From Candidatus Acidiferrum sp. (GTDB taxonomy: Bacteria; Acidobacteriota; Terriglobia; Acidiferrales; UBA7541), in NCBI GenBank assembly GCA_035483715.1, contig DATHPN010000087.1:7819-71818 (forward strand): 64,000 bases of DNA, written 5' to 3'. This document shows positions 36,149 to 45,541 of the stretch, in pieces. The first letter of the stretch is position 1. Each line of letters starts with the position of its first letter. The translations under genes were made by a program, and so were the position numbers. Below the pieces are notes generated by a model that searched no databases, was not told the origin of the DNA, and saw only the letters and a program-made list of their open reading frames with translations.

Positions 36149-36427
36149 CTATTTCAGCCTTTTTTTGATCTCACGCTCGTACTCCGGGAAATAGCGGCTG
36201 ATGACGGATAGATCGAAGCGGCTGAGGATCGATTCCTTGGGCTCGCGCTCCAGAAGAAATTCAAAGGATTTCCGGATGAGCTCTTCCGGTTCTATGGGCG
36301 CGCGAGCGAGTCTCGCATAATCCTTCGGGTCAAGCGTGATTTGGTGAACGGATTCGCTTCCAGCTTCGATCACGCGCACGCGGAAATGGGATGCATCTAC
36401 TTTTTCGACTGCGATTTTTGCCGCCAC
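36149..36427 (-). CDS. small conserved hypothetical protein
   Basis: Track ORF runs to 36535, but its N-terminus is encoded by repeat PAL-F. The in-frame GTG 36427 gives 92 aa: VAAKIAVEKVDASHFRVRVIEAGSESVHQITLDPKDYARL... Confidence 0.5.
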   Translation of the reverse strand: MAAKIAVEKVDASHFRVRVIEAGSESVHQITLDPKDYARLARAPIEPEELIRKSFEFLLEREPKESILSRFDLSVISRYFPEYEREIKKRLK

Positions 36428-36476
36428 GGTTGTTCCTAATTTCGTCTCAACATTGCAGCCTGCTCGCGGCCATGTT

Positions 36477-36557
36477 GCTGTAGCCCGCGTCTTCAGACGC
36501 GGGGATTTTTCGACGTAACAATGGATAACCCTCACCTCTGAAGAGGTGAGCTACAGC
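36477..36557. repeat. PAL-F double-hairpin element
   Basis: GCTGTAGC-CCGCGTC-TTCA-GACGCGG ... CTCACCTC-TGAA-GAGGTGAG-CTACAGC: two different hairpins with TTCA/TGAA loops, bracketed by inverted GCTGTAGC/GCTACAGC. Confidence 0.75.
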
Positions 36558-36561
36558 AATT

Positions 36562-37749
36562 CTACTGGAACGCGGAAACATAGTACGAGCCGCGGTACGT
36601 GAGTTTTGATCCGGGCGGAACATCTGCTCTTTCCGCCAGATCAACGCGCAGCGAGCGCCAGCCGGGGCGCGCCGTTCCCGCCGAAGGATAAAATCCAAGC
36701 GTGTATTGCGCGCTGATCGCCAGCGCGATGCGCCGGTAAATCTCGCTCAAATTTCCAATCTCGCGCAGGAAATACAGCTGGCCGCCGGCGCGCCGCGCCA
36801 GTTCCGCGAGATACAGCGTGTAATTTGGCATGTTCTGCTTGCGCGCATCCGCCGTGACCAGCATTTCGCCGCGATGCGCGTCGAGCCATTCCGGCGTCAT
36901 CCCGCGCGGGCGATTTTCCGTGGAGACGATGAACAGCGCGATGCCGTCCGCGCCGAGTTCGCGCGCCACGTCGTCAAATGCCAGGCGCTGCGCCGCCGCG
37001 CCCGCTCCGGGCAGCGCGCTACGCGGATCCCAACTGAGGCCCAGGCCGCTGTCCTGCCCGTCCGTCAGCAGGACCAGCGCTTTTCGCCCCGTGCGCCCCT
37101 GAAACAATTCGCGTGCCGCCAGAAAAACGGATTCATAAATCCGTGACTCGGAGGAATTCTCCACCCGGGCGAGATACTTTGACTCGATGGCGCGATCCAG
37201 CAGCGCGCGATTTTTCGAGAAGGGCAGGAGCAGGTGCGCCTCTGAGGAAAATGAGACGACGGCGATTTCGTCCGCGGGAGAAAGGTTTTCTCCCAGTGAG
37301 CGCGCCGCGCCGCGCATCTCGGCCAGCTGGTGAAAAATGCTAGGGCTCGCGTCGATTACCAGGGCAATGCTGGCGGGCGTGGCCGAGGCTTCGAAGGAAG
37401 CAATTTCCTGGGCCGAGCCGTCCTCAAATAATCGAAAATCGTTTTGGGTGAGGCCGCGCACCTGCGTTCCGTCCGGCGCCGCGACCGTGCAGGGCACCTG
37501 CACCAGCGTGACTCGCGAATGGATGGCGCCGTCGGGCGGCGCGGCAGAGGAATCCTTTGTGATTGCCCGCAATTCTCCGGACGCGGGATCACGCTCAAGC
37601 TGCATGTCGCGACCCAGGGGAATTGGCCGCGGCAGCTTTTCGGATTTTGCAGGCCGATTTTCCTGCGGCGGCGCGCCACGCGCACTTTCGTGCTGCAAGA
37701 AGAATACAGCAAGCAGGTAGAGGGCGGTGCGAGATCGGATCAGGGACAC
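36562..37749 (-). CDS. VWA domain protein (acidobacterial VWFA-related type)
   Basis: Track ORF runs to 37815, but residues 1-22 (..NPHRLKPAL..) are encoded by a PAL-A copy, so I prefer GTG 37749 (VSLIRSRTALYLLAVFFL signal). VWA/MIDAS region IALVIDASPSI...VVSFSS...LLTDGQDSG. Confidence 0.8.
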   Translation of the reverse strand: MSLIRSRTALYLLAVFFLQHESARGAPPQENRPAKSEKLPRPIPLGRDMQLERDPASGELRAITKDSSAAPPDGAIHSRVTLVQVPCTVAAPDGTQVRGLTQNDFRLFEDGSAQEIASFEASATPASIALVIDASPSIFHQLAEMRGAARSLGENLSPADEIAVVSFSSEAHLLLPFSKNRALLDRAIESKYLARVENSSESRIYESVFLAARELFQGRTGRKALVLLTDGQDSGLGLSWDPRSALPGAGAAAQRLAFDDVARELGADGIALFIVSTENRPRGMTPEWLDAHRGEMLVTADARKQNMPNYTLYLAELARRAGGQLYFLREIGNLSEIYRRIALAISAQYTLGFYPSAGTARPGWRSLRVDLAERADVPPGSKLTYRGSYYVSAFQ

Positions 37750-37775
37750 GGGCGCATTATGACAGATGTGTTTTG

Positions 37776-37848
37776 GTAGCGCAGGCTTCAGCCTGTGGGG
37801 GTTCAGGACTTGCAAGGACCAAACCCACAGGCTGAAGCCTGCGCTACT
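37776..37848. repeat. PAL-A palindromic repeat copy 4
   Basis: GTAGCGCAGGCTTCAGCCTGTGGGGGTTCAGGACTTGCAAGGACCAAACCCACAGGCTGAAGCCTGCGCTACT. Confidence 0.92.
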
Positions 37849-37864
37849 AAGAAGTCTGCGCTAC

Positions 37865-38170
37865 TTACAGGTCGAAATCGCGCAGAGGTTTTTCTACGGG
37901 CTGGTCCTTGGCCTTCTTGAGCGCTTCTTCAAACTTGCGGTTGAGGACGTCTTCCTTTTTGCTTTCGGCCACCCAGGAATCGCGGAACTTGTCTTCGCGC
38001 TTCTGGGCTTGATCGGCGAGGATGCGCGCCGCGTCGCTGATATCCACGTCGGGCGCGGCCTTGACGGGCGCGGTGTGCGCCAGGACCACGGCGAGGTCGG
38101 TGTCCACCGTGAGCTTTGCTTCGCAGCAGGGGCAGATCACTTCGATGGTCGGCGCGGGCTTCTTCGGCAT
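37865..38170 (-). CDS. small hypothetical protein with N-terminal CPCC zinc-ribbon-like motif
   Basis: 101 aa: MPKKPAPTIEVICPCCEAKLTVDTD..., then a charged helical tail. Flanked on both sides by PAL-A copies. Confidence 0.5.
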   Translation of the reverse strand: MPKKPAPTIEVICPCCEAKLTVDTDLAVVLAHTAPVKAAPDVDISDAARILADQAQKREDKFRDSWVAESKKEDVLNRKFEEALKKAKDQPVEKPLRDFDL

Positions 38171-38198
38171 GAAGCTATCTTACGCCAAAATGGGTCCT

Positions 38199-38271
38199 GT
38201 AGCGCAGGCTTCAGCCTGTGGGTTTTAGACCTTGCAAGAACCAACCCCCACAGGCTGAAGCCTGCGCTACT
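38199..38271. repeat. PAL-A palindromic repeat copy 5
   Basis: GTAGCGCAGGCTTCAGCCTGTGGGTTTTAGACCTTGCAAGAACCAACCCCCACAGGCTGAAGCCTGCGCTACT. Confidence 0.92.
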
Positions 38272-38318
38272 GACTTCCTCGCTTGATTTTCTTACGCCGG
38301 CGGCTGCAATATTCAGGC

Positions 38319-38867
38319 ATGGCCCTGGAATTCACTACCTCTTGCCTGAAGGATTCAGTCGATCTCCTCCGCTTTTACAAGCGGCTGGGAGACCGCGCGA
38401 TGGCGCAGGCTTCCGATGAAGCTATGTTCGCCACCATCGACGACGAGTCCAATTCCATCGCCATCATCGTGAAGCATCTTGCGGGAAACATGCGCTCGCG
38501 CTGGACCGATTTCCTCACCAGCGACGGTGAAAAACCCGATCGCGATCGCGATTCCGAATTTGAGGCCCCGCCGAAAACGCGCGATGAACTGCTGGCGCTG
38601 TGGGAATCGGGCTGGCAGCTTACGTTTGACGCGCTGGCGCCGTTGACGGACGCGGATCTCTCCCGCACCGCCTATATCCGCACCGAGCCGCACTCCGTGA
38701 TGCAAACCATTCACCGCCAGGTGACGCACTACGCCTACCACGTTGGACAAATCGTTTATCTCGCCAAACATTTCGCCGGACCGGACTGGAACGCCTTGAC
38801 GATCCCGCGCCGCAAATCCGCGGAGTTCAACGCCAAGGTTGCTTCGGGCAAGGCTTCTCAGCGCTAA
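38319..38867 (+). CDS. DinB-superfamily protein (DUF1572-like)
   Basis: ATG 38319 (MALEFTTSCLKDSVDLLRFYKRLGDRA). NSIAIIVKHLAGNMRSRWTDFLTSDGEKPDRDRDSEF ... HYAYHVGQIVYLAK: four-helix DinB/DUF1572 pattern. Confidence 0.8.
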   Translation: MALEFTTSCLKDSVDLLRFYKRLGDRAMAQASDEAMFATIDDESNSIAIIVKHLAGNMRSRWTDFLTSDGEKPDRDRDSEFEAPPKTRDELLALWESGWQLTFDALAPLTDADLSRTAYIRTEPHSVMQTIHRQVTHYAYHVGQIVYLAKHFAGPDWNALTIPRRKSAEFNAKVASGKASQR

Positions 38868-38942
38868 CGAATCGTAGACGCAAAGCGCGCTCCCCAGCGG
38901 CACACGCTTTACAGGATGCGGGAAAAAAGGCCTCTCTCCTAT

Positions 38943-39027
38943 TGTCATTCCGAGCGAAGCGAGGAATCTCTCTTTCTTTTCATCGGAATAAATCGAAGAG
39001 AGATTCCTCGCTTCGCTCGGAATGACA
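38943..39027. repeat. PAL-D palindromic repeat copy 2
   Basis: TGTCATTCCGAGCGAAGCGAGGAATCTCTC ... GAAGAGAGATTCCTCGCTTCGCTCGGAATGACA. Confidence 0.92.
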
Positions 39028-39084
39028 AAATAAACTACTTTTTCCGCAGCCTCTTTAGCTTGTGTAGTTTAAGCTTAGGACGCG

Positions 39085-39115
39085 CAAAACCACACCGGCT
39101 GAAGCCTGTGCTACT
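39085..39115. repeat. PAL-A half copy (right arm only)
   Basis: CAAAACCACACCGGCTGAAGCCTGTGCTACT. No matching left arm is recognisable upstream. Confidence 0.6.
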
Positions 39116-39243
39116 TAATCGTTTCGTCGTACAATGTCCGTTGAACGGGTGTTTTGCGGATCAATCAAGTGAAACTGTTGTAGCGCAATCATCGCGCGTC
39201 GAGCGGCACGAATCCGCTTAGCCGCCGGGGAGGAAATTCCATC

Positions 39244-40293
39244 ATGGGATGTGGATGCGGTTTCACGCGGCGCGATGTGCTGCGAGCGGGTTCTCTCGCG
39301 GCGGCGGGGCTGCTCACCGGCGTAAGGCTCGGAGGTCAAGCCAAAAAGGGGATGCGCATCGATATCCACGCGCATCTCTGGACCACGGACTATCTCGACT
39401 TGTGCCAGAGCTACGGAAATGTGGACACCGGCACGCAGCGCAACAAGGGCGCGGGGATGGGCCAGGAGGAGATAGACAAGCGCTTCGCCCTGATGGAAGC
39501 GAACGGAGTCGAGATGCAGATTCTCGACATCTGCCCGCAAGCGCCGCACTTTGAAAACAAAGAGCACGCCGTGAAAGCCGCGCGAATGGCCAATGACCTG
39601 TACGCGGAGGCCGTGAGCCGCTGGCCGAAAAAATTCAAAGCCTTCGCGGCCGTGCCCTTGCCTCATGTGGACGAAGCGCTCAAGGAACTCGAACGCGCGC
39701 TCGACCAGTTGAAATTTGTCGGCGCCACGATCACGACGTTTGTCGGAGCGCATTCCGTCGCCGATCCCGCGTTCACACCGTTTTATGAAGAGCTCAACCG
39801 GCGCGGCACCGTGCTGTACATTCATCCGTCCGGAAACGGCATTGATTCTCCGTTCGTGATTCCCTTCAACCTCCGCTGGGCCATCGGAGCGCCGATGGAA
39901 GACACCGTTTCGGTCATGCATCTGATCGAAGCGGGTATTCCGCAAAAATATCCAAAACTGAAAATCGTCAATTCGCATCTGGGCGGGATGATCCCCATGG
40001 TATTTCAGCGCCTGGACAATATCTCGAAGTGGGAGCACCCTTTGCCGGAATTGCCGACGATCACCGCCAAGCGAATGTGGTATTGCAGTGTGGGCCACGG
40101 ACATCCCCCGGCGCTGCGAGCCGCCGTCGATTCGATGGGAGCGGACCGCATTTGTCTGGGCTCGGATTTTCCGTATGAAAACGGAGAGCTCTACAATCAC
40201 GCCATCCAATACATCAGCGAGTCCGGACTGAAACCCGGGGACGCGGAAAAGATCCTGGACCGCAACGCCGCCTACGTGCTCGGACTCGCGTGA
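39244..40293 (+). CDS. amidohydrolase_2 (ACMSD-like metal-dependent hydrolase/decarboxylase) with twin-arginine signal
   Basis: TAT motif FTRRDVLRAGSLAAAGLL. Metal ligands IDIHAHLW ... HPS ... GSDFPYE. 349 aa. Its stop overlaps the MFS start (GTGA). Confidence 0.85.
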   Translation: MGCGCGFTRRDVLRAGSLAAAGLLTGVRLGGQAKKGMRIDIHAHLWTTDYLDLCQSYGNVDTGTQRNKGAGMGQEEIDKRFALMEANGVEMQILDICPQAPHFENKEHAVKAARMANDLYAEAVSRWPKKFKAFAAVPLPHVDEALKELERALDQLKFVGATITTFVGAHSVADPAFTPFYEELNRRGTVLYIHPSGNGIDSPFVIPFNLRWAIGAPMEDTVSVMHLIEAGIPQKYPKLKIVNSHLGGMIPMVFQRLDNISKWEHPLPELPTITAKRMWYCSVGHGHPPALRAAVDSMGADRICLGSDFPYENGELYNHAIQYISESGLKPGDAEKILDRNAAYVLGLA

Positions 40294-41600
40294 CCACAAT
40301 CCAAACTCCGATAACGGTAAAAACAAAACCGCACCTCACGCGCAACCAGATTCGCAGCTTTTGGGCTGCCTGGGGCGGCTGGAGCATGGACGGAATGGAT
40401 TCGTTCATCTACTCCCTGGTGCTGGTTCCGGCGCTGACGGAATTGTTGCCCCGCTCCGGAATTCCCGCAACCACCGCGAATGTCGGCTACTACGGCGGCG
40501 TGTTCTTCACGCTGTTTTTGATCGGCTATGGCACCGCGCTCATCTGGGGACCGATCGCGGACCGGTTTGGCCGCGTGCGCACCATGATGTTCAGTATTTT
40601 GTGTTTTTCCTTGTTCACGCTGCTGGCCGCGTTTGCCACGGGCATCTATAGCCTCGCGGTATTTCGATTCATGGCGGGAGTGGGCATTGGCGGCGAATGG
40701 TCGATCGGCGCATCGCTCGTTTCCGAGGATTGGCCCGAGGAGCGGCGCACCATGGGCGCGGCGCTGATGCACACGGGCTACTACATCGGATTTTTTCTGG
40801 CGGGGATCGCCAATATTTTCATCGGCAGCCGTTACGGATGGAGAGCCATGTTCGCGCTGGGCGGCGTGCCGGCGCTGCTGATCGGCTTGATACGCAATAA
40901 CGTGCAGGAGCCCGCGCGCTGGGAAAACAAGGTGCAGGAACTTGGCGGCAAGTGGGCCATGCACAGCGCGTTTCTGAGACTTTTTTCTCCGCAATACCGC
41001 CGCAAGACGATTGTCAATTCTCTTTACTTGATCGTATCGCTTGCCGGCTTGTGGGCTGGATCGGTGTACGCTCCGACGGCGATGACGTTCATCGCCCAAC
41101 GCGCCGGGCGGACCGCCGCGGAGAGCGCGCGCCTGGCGTCATACTCTACGGCGTTGCTCGGGATCACCACGGTCCTCGGCGCTTTGATCGTGCCGTTCCT
41201 TGCGGACTGGCTGGGCCGCCGCGCCACGCTGGCGATTTTTTATGTGGTGATGATGTTCGCGATCTGGCTGGCGTTCGCGCGGGTGTTTTACTTGCAACAG
41301 AACGCCATCGCCTGGTTTCTGGTGTGCTCGGTGCTGCTGGGCTTGGGCGGAGCGAATTTCATCGTGTATTCGTTCTGGCTGCCCGAGCAGTATGGAACGG
41401 AGTGCCGCGCCAGCGCCTTCGCCTTCATCACCAACCTCGGACGTTTTTTCGCCGCCGGCTTCACGTTCCTGGTGGGCGCCGGAATCCGCCATTTTCAAAC
41501 GTTCGGAATTCCCGTGGCCATGATGGCGCTCGCTTTCGTCGTCGGCCTCGCGCTCGTCCCCCTTGGCGAAGAAACCAAAGGCAAGCATTTGCCCGCCTGA
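40290..41600 (+). CDS. MFS transporter
   Basis: 436 aa with 12 predicted TMs. MFS motif GPIADRFGRVRTM between TM2 and TM3. Confidence 0.9.
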   Translation: MTTIQTPITVKTKPHLTRNQIRSFWAAWGGWSMDGMDSFIYSLVLVPALTELLPRSGIPATTANVGYYGGVFFTLFLIGYGTALIWGPIADRFGRVRTMMFSILCFSLFTLLAAFATGIYSLAVFRFMAGVGIGGEWSIGASLVSEDWPEERRTMGAALMHTGYYIGFFLAGIANIFIGSRYGWRAMFALGGVPALLIGLIRNNVQEPARWENKVQELGGKWAMHSAFLRLFSPQYRRKTIVNSLYLIVSLAGLWAGSVYAPTAMTFIAQRAGRTAAESARLASYSTALLGITTVLGALIVPFLADWLGRRATLAIFYVVMMFAIWLAFARVFYLQQNAIAWFLVCSVLLGLGGANFIVYSFWLPEQYGTECRASAFAFITNLGRFFAAGFTFLVGAGIRHFQTFGIPVAMMALAFVVGLALVPLGEETKGKHLPA

Positions 41601-41602
41601 TC

Positions 41603-41688
41603 TGTAGCGCAGGCTTCAGCCTGTGGGTTTTGGTTACTGCAAGGGTGATATTGCTCGAACCAAACCCCACAGGCTGAAGCCTGCGCTA
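41603..41688. repeat. PAL-A palindromic repeat copy 6
   Basis: GTAGCGCAGGCTTCAGCCTGTGGGTTTTGGTTACTGCAAGG...CCAAACCCCACAGGCTGAAGCCTGCGCTAC, 2 nt after the MFS stop. Confidence 0.92.
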
Positions 41689-41796
41689 CAAGATGCAAAT
41701 CGTCGCAGGGTTGACCATGGGATTTGTTTGGCATATTGTGTGGCGCAAGATACGGTTCTGAGCGCTATATCCACACGGCAGGAAGTGAGTGACACC

Positions 41797-42303
41797 ATGA
41801 ATCCAGTCAGCTCGCAAGAACGCATCGAGCCAAGTGCGTCGGAACGCGCGACCCCGGCCGCGCGATATACTGGCCGCACGGGAGACAACTCTCTCGGCCG
41901 CTCTCTGGGATATTTCCTCCTGCGCCTCTCCCTGGGCGTCGACATGCTCATGCACTATGTCGTGAGAACCTGGGGCATCAGCAAAGATTTTGTTCCCGTC
42001 ACGGAAAAAATGTTCGAGGGCAACCTCTTGCCCATGTCGTGGGTGCACGCTTTCTTGACGGTCCTTCCTTACTTTGAGGGCGTGCTTGGGGTTCTATTGA
42101 TCTTGGGGTTGCTATCGCGCTGGGCGATAACGGCGGAGGGCTTGCTGGTCACCGTGTTGCTTTTCGGCACCGCGCTGCGATCGGATTGGACCGTCGTCTC
42201 CCACCAGATGATCTATCTTCTGTTTGTTTTCATCCTGCTGGCCGTGGAAGAGTACGACTATTTTTCAGTTGATGCCTTCCTCGCAAGACGCCGCGGGTTT
42301 TAG
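41797..42303 (+). CDS. DoxX-like membrane protein
   Basis: ATG 41797 (the upstream part of the track ORF is PAL-A encoded). Four TMs: LGYFLLRLSLGVDMLMH, VHAFLTVLPYFEGVLGVLLILGLL, AEGLLVTVLLFGTAL, MIYLLFVFILLAV. Confidence 0.45.
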   Translation: MNPVSSQERIEPSASERATPAARYTGRTGDNSLGRSLGYFLLRLSLGVDMLMHYVVRTWGISKDFVPVTEKMFEGNLLPMSWVHAFLTVLPYFEGVLGVLLILGLLSRWAITAEGLLVTVLLFGTALRSDWTVVSHQMIYLLFVFILLAVEEYDYFSVDAFLARRRGF

Positions 42304-42379
42304 TAGGACGGGCTTCAGCCTGTCGGGTTTCCGTCCGCGATATTCGGGGATAAGCCCGACAGGCTGAAGCCCGTCCCAC
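42303..42379. repeat. PAL-A palindromic repeat copy 7 (GACGGGC/GTCGGG variant)
   Basis: GTAGGACGGGCTTCAGCCTGTCGGG ... CCCGACAGGCTGAAGCCCGTCCCAC. The TAG stop of the preceding gene (42301-42303) is continuous with the element. Confidence 0.88.
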
Positions 42380-42381
42380 AT

Positions 42382-43104
42382 TTAAATCTGGGAGTCCTTC
42401 TCCGTCTCGGCGGGCAGCATCCACAGGCCCGCTATTTTTCCGGAAGGGTCGAAGGCGATTCGCACGATGATCTGTCCGTTTTCGAACGCGCAGCGGACAT
42501 CCACCCGGTCAAACTCAGGATCTTTTCGCGCCGCCCGGATGTTCTTGAACGGGCCGAGGTGCATCATGACGTGCGTCCAAGAAGCTTCCAGACGGTCGGA
42601 GGACATGGCCTCTTTCATCTGATCGTTGAATCTAGTGCTTACCTCTTTGAACTGCTGCTGCCGCAGGAGGTCGGTGATGGCCTTGGCCGACGCTTCCATG
42701 GTTTCCGGGCTGACGTCGGAGACCGGCGCGATCCGGAAATAGGTGATCTGATTCGTGTCGTCGAACATCAGCTTCAATTCGACTTTGTAATGTTCGAACT
42801 GGCTTTTCGAAACATAAACCGGCGCGCCCTGCACCGTTCTTGTGGTTTGCGAAATTTGCGACTGGAAGGCGCCGGCCGCGCCGGCCAATTCTTCGCGCGC
42901 GCCTTTCAGGTCGTTTTCGCTCACGGAATCCTTGAGGTCGGCGCTGAACCGCTCGCGCACGGACGGGATCCCGCCGCGGGCGAATTCCTCCATGACGTCC
43001 TTGGTGATGGACAGGCGTTTCTCGTCGGCCGTTTGCGCATGCGCAAGGCCCGGCACCCCCAAAATGACGGCAAGCAGCAGCAGGAAATTTCTAAGCGGGC
43101 GCAT
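42382..43104 (-). CDS. secreted protein, DUF3887-like tandem domains
   Basis: ATG 43104 (MRPLRNFLLLLAVILGVPGLAHAQ). Two similar halves: ...FSADLKDSVSENDLKGAREELAGAAGAFQS... and ...FNDQMKEAMSSDRLEASWTHVMMHLGPFKN... Confidence 0.55.
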   Translation of the reverse strand: MRPLRNFLLLLAVILGVPGLAHAQTADEKRLSITKDVMEEFARGGIPSVRERFSADLKDSVSENDLKGAREELAGAAGAFQSQISQTTRTVQGAPVYVSKSQFEHYKVELKLMFDDTNQITYFRIAPVSDVSPETMEASAKAITDLLRQQQFKEVSTRFNDQMKEAMSSDRLEASWTHVMMHLGPFKNIRAARKDPEFDRVDVRCAFENGQIIVRIAFDPSGKIAGLWMLPAETEKDSQI

Positions 43105-43166
43105 GATGACCTCCAGCAGCGCAGGCAGAGGCTGTGTACACGGGCGTACCAGCGGATAGTACCACC

Positions 43167-43252
43167 GTAGCGCAGGCTTCAGCCTGTGGTTTTGGGCGCT
43201 GGAAGTGCAACAATTCTTCAACCAAACCCCACAGGCTGAAGCCTGCGCTACT
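43167..43252. repeat. PAL-A palindromic repeat copy 8
   Basis: GTAGCGCAGGCTTCAGCCTGTGGTTTTGG ... CCAAACCCCACAGGCTGAAGCCTGCGCTACT. Confidence 0.92.
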
Positions 43253-43271
43253 GGATTGTTAGAAATGCGCG

Positions 43272-44861
43272 CTACAGTGTGAACAACGGCCGAAGGTCGC
43301 GCACATTTCGCACATCCTCAAGGGCGTTCACGCGCTGGATGAGGTTCGCAGTCCGCTCGGCGCCCAGCACAGGCGCCATCAAGTCGCGCACCTTGGCGTT
43401 CAGGCCTTCCGTGCTGAGCGGATTTTCTTTCGTGCCGGGAGGGAATCGCGTGAAGTGGCTCACGGTGCGGCCATCCTTCAGCGTCACCTCGACCATGCCG
43501 CTGCGCGGCGCTGCCGGGTCCACCAGTTTTCGATCGGCGACCAACTGCACACGCTCTTTCACGGCGCGGATTTGCGGGTCCGCCATGCGCTCATGCGAAT
43601 GGCTGTCCGCGAAGGAGACAGCGCCGTCAACCAGCGCTACCGCAATGATGTATTGCAGGTTGACGTCCGGCATGGAGCTGTTGTCCACGATCGTCGCGCC
43701 GTCCGCGGGCAGGCGGACAACGATTCGCTCTACATTGTCCACGCGCAGCGAGTTTTCCCGGCGCAAAGTGAGAAACGCGTCCAGCGCCGACTGGATGGGG
43801 TAGCCGACGGAATAAGTCTTGATGGACGTTTCGGCAATCCAAAAGCGGCTGCCCAGGCCGGCCACGATTTCCGCAGGATGCGGTTGCGAGGAGAGCGCTT
43901 CCAGGACGTTGTGCTCGCAATCAAAAACGTCGTGGACGCCGGTGAATCCCGCCTGGACCATGGTGGCGGCTGTCACGCCATTGCGCGCGCCCATGCCGGA
44001 GAAGTCGAATGCTTTTTCGATGTGCTCGTTGTCTGAAGTCCAACTCCACAGGCCGGACACCTGTTGCGCGGCGTAGGAGAGCGCGAAGCGCATCCCCGTT
44101 TCATCCAGGTGAGCGAGAGACGCCGCGGCTCCCACGGCCGAGAACGTGGAGCCGACTCCCTCCGCGCTGCGATGAGTGCCGCGCACGAGGTCCGGCCCGA
44201 GCGCCATCAGAAAACGGCAGCACACGTCGTAGCCCAGCACAACGGCGCGCAGGAGATCCAGGCCTGAGCGGCCCTCGCGTTCCGCCATGGCCAGCGCGGC
44301 GGCGACGGAAGAGCAGCCGGGATGCGTCTTGGTGATCAGCTCGACGTCATCGGTTTCGTCGGCATGGCCGCACATGCCATTCGCCAGAGCGGCGTTGACC
44401 GCGTTAGTTTTGATATTCGTGCCGATGACGGAAGCTTCCGGGGCGCCGCCTTGCGAGCGTGCGTATGCGATGGCCATTTCTCCGGGTTTGAGGCGGCTGC
44501 CGGAAACCATGGCGCCGAGCGTGTCCAGAATGTGGTGTTTTCCTTCCAGCGCGACATTTGGCGGAAGCGCTCTGTCGCGCGCCTCCACCATATAGCGCGC
44601 CAGCTGGCCGGTGAGATCGGTGGCGGCGGCTGCAGGCGCCTTCGGAGATTCCTGGCGAAGTGGAAGCGCTGCGTTCGCCAGCCGCCCTGTCGGAATCGCC
44701 GCGGCTGCCAGCACTCCGCCCGCGCCTTGCAACATGCGGCGGCGCGTCAGTCTAACTGAGGATGATCCGTCCTGTGCGGCTGGTTTTTCGTCGCGGTCCT
44801 CTTTCACGTGGTCCTCCTCAGCGAAATCGAAATTTCCTTCTTGCGATGCGATATTCAACAC
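43272..44861 (-). CDS. MmgE/PrpD family protein with twin-arginine signal
   Basis: TAT motif LTRRRMLQGAGGVLAAAAIP. MmgE/PrpD blocks HILDTLGAMVSG, HADETDD, HPGCSSVAAALA, HFTRFPPGTKENPLS. Confidence 0.88.
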   Translation of the reverse strand: MLNIASQEGNFDFAEEDHVKEDRDEKPAAQDGSSSVRLTRRRMLQGAGGVLAAAAIPTGRLANAALPLRQESPKAPAAAATDLTGQLARYMVEARDRALPPNVALEGKHHILDTLGAMVSGSRLKPGEMAIAYARSQGGAPEASVIGTNIKTNAVNAALANGMCGHADETDDVELITKTHPGCSSVAAALAMAEREGRSGLDLLRAVVLGYDVCCRFLMALGPDLVRGTHRSAEGVGSTFSAVGAAASLAHLDETGMRFALSYAAQQVSGLWSWTSDNEHIEKAFDFSGMGARNGVTAATMVQAGFTGVHDVFDCEHNVLEALSSQPHPAEIVAGLGSRFWIAETSIKTYSVGYPIQSALDAFLTLRRENSLRVDNVERIVVRLPADGATIVDNSSMPDVNLQYIIAVALVDGAVSFADSHSHERMADPQIRAVKERVQLVADRKLVDPAAPRSGMVEVTLKDGRTVSHFTRFPPGTKENPLSTEGLNAKVRDLMAPVLGAERTANLIQRVNALEDVRNVRDLRPLFTL

Positions 44862-44904
44862 ACTCTACAATTTTCGCAAGATTCCATCACGAAGTTTTGT
44901 TTCA

Positions 44905-44975
44905 GTAGCGCAGGCTTCAGCCTGGGGGGTTTAGTCCTTGCCAGTGCGAACCCCACAGGCTGAAGCCTGCGCTAC
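44905..44975. repeat. PAL-A palindromic repeat copy 9
   Basis: GTAGCGCAGGCTTCAGCCTGGGGGGTTTAGTCCTTGCCAGTGCGAACCCCACAGGCTGAAGCCTGCGCTAC. Confidence 0.9.
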
Positions 44976-45099
44976 AAAAACCCACGTCTTAGAATCCGTT
45001 CTCTTTGATATAAAATGATGAACCATTTCCGTGCGATGGAGACAGGCGGATTCAGCAACGCGGAACGAAAAGAAATCCGCAGAAATATCGGAGATAGCC

Positions 45100-45492
45100 G
45101 TGAATAACAGGCCTGGATATGTTCTCGCATTGGGACTTGCCCTGCTCCTAATTTGTGGTCCGGTTTCCGCGCACCACGGGTCATCGAACTACGATATGTC
45201 GAAGTCCGTTTCGGTAAAGGGAACCATAACGCAATTCGCGTTTATGAATCCGCACTCCTCGATTCATCTCGCAGCGAAAGACGACAAGGGCAACGCCGAA
45301 CAGTGGCTCATCGAAGCCGATAGCCCGAACAACCTCGCCAGGGCCGGCTGGACCAGAGATTCGCTCAAGCCGGGGGACCAGGTCACCATTGTGGGGAACC
45401 GATTGAAGGACGGCGCAAAAGTCATGCGCCTGCAAAAGGTAATTTTCTCCGACGGCAGAGAACTGAAGCCGCGCGAAGGCGACGACTATTGA
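45100..45492 (+). CDS. DUF6152-like secreted small protein (mature N-terminus His-His)
   Basis: GTG 45100 behind GGAGAT. Signal VNNRPGYVLALGLALLLICGPVSA, then HHGSSNYDMSKSVSVKGTITQFAFMNPHSSIHL... Confidence 0.6.
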   Translation: MNNRPGYVLALGLALLLICGPVSAHHGSSNYDMSKSVSVKGTITQFAFMNPHSSIHLAAKDDKGNAEQWLIEADSPNNLARAGWTRDSLKPGDQVTIVGNRLKDGAKVMRLQKVIFSDGRELKPREGDDY

Positions 45493-45541
45493 TCCCGGCT
45501 CGCCGGAATGCGCCGACGCGGTACGACGATCGGGAAGGAGT

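Noticed and set aside
37750-37815. N-terminal extensions containing ..HRLKPAL.. or similar on ORFs 36562-37815, 41623-42303, 42382-43221 and 36149-36535.
   Set aside because: These residues are encoded by PAL-A/PAL-F repeat DNA. Downstream in-frame starts are followed immediately by proper signal peptides or conserved N-termini.
36051-38271. Closely spaced identical repeats (PAL-A copies at 36051, 37776 and 38199) considered as a possible CRISPR array.
   Set aside because: The units are 70-100 nt internal palindromes separated by whole genes (0.3-1.6 kb). They are not 25-40 nt direct repeats with uniform spacers, and there are no cas genes in the window.
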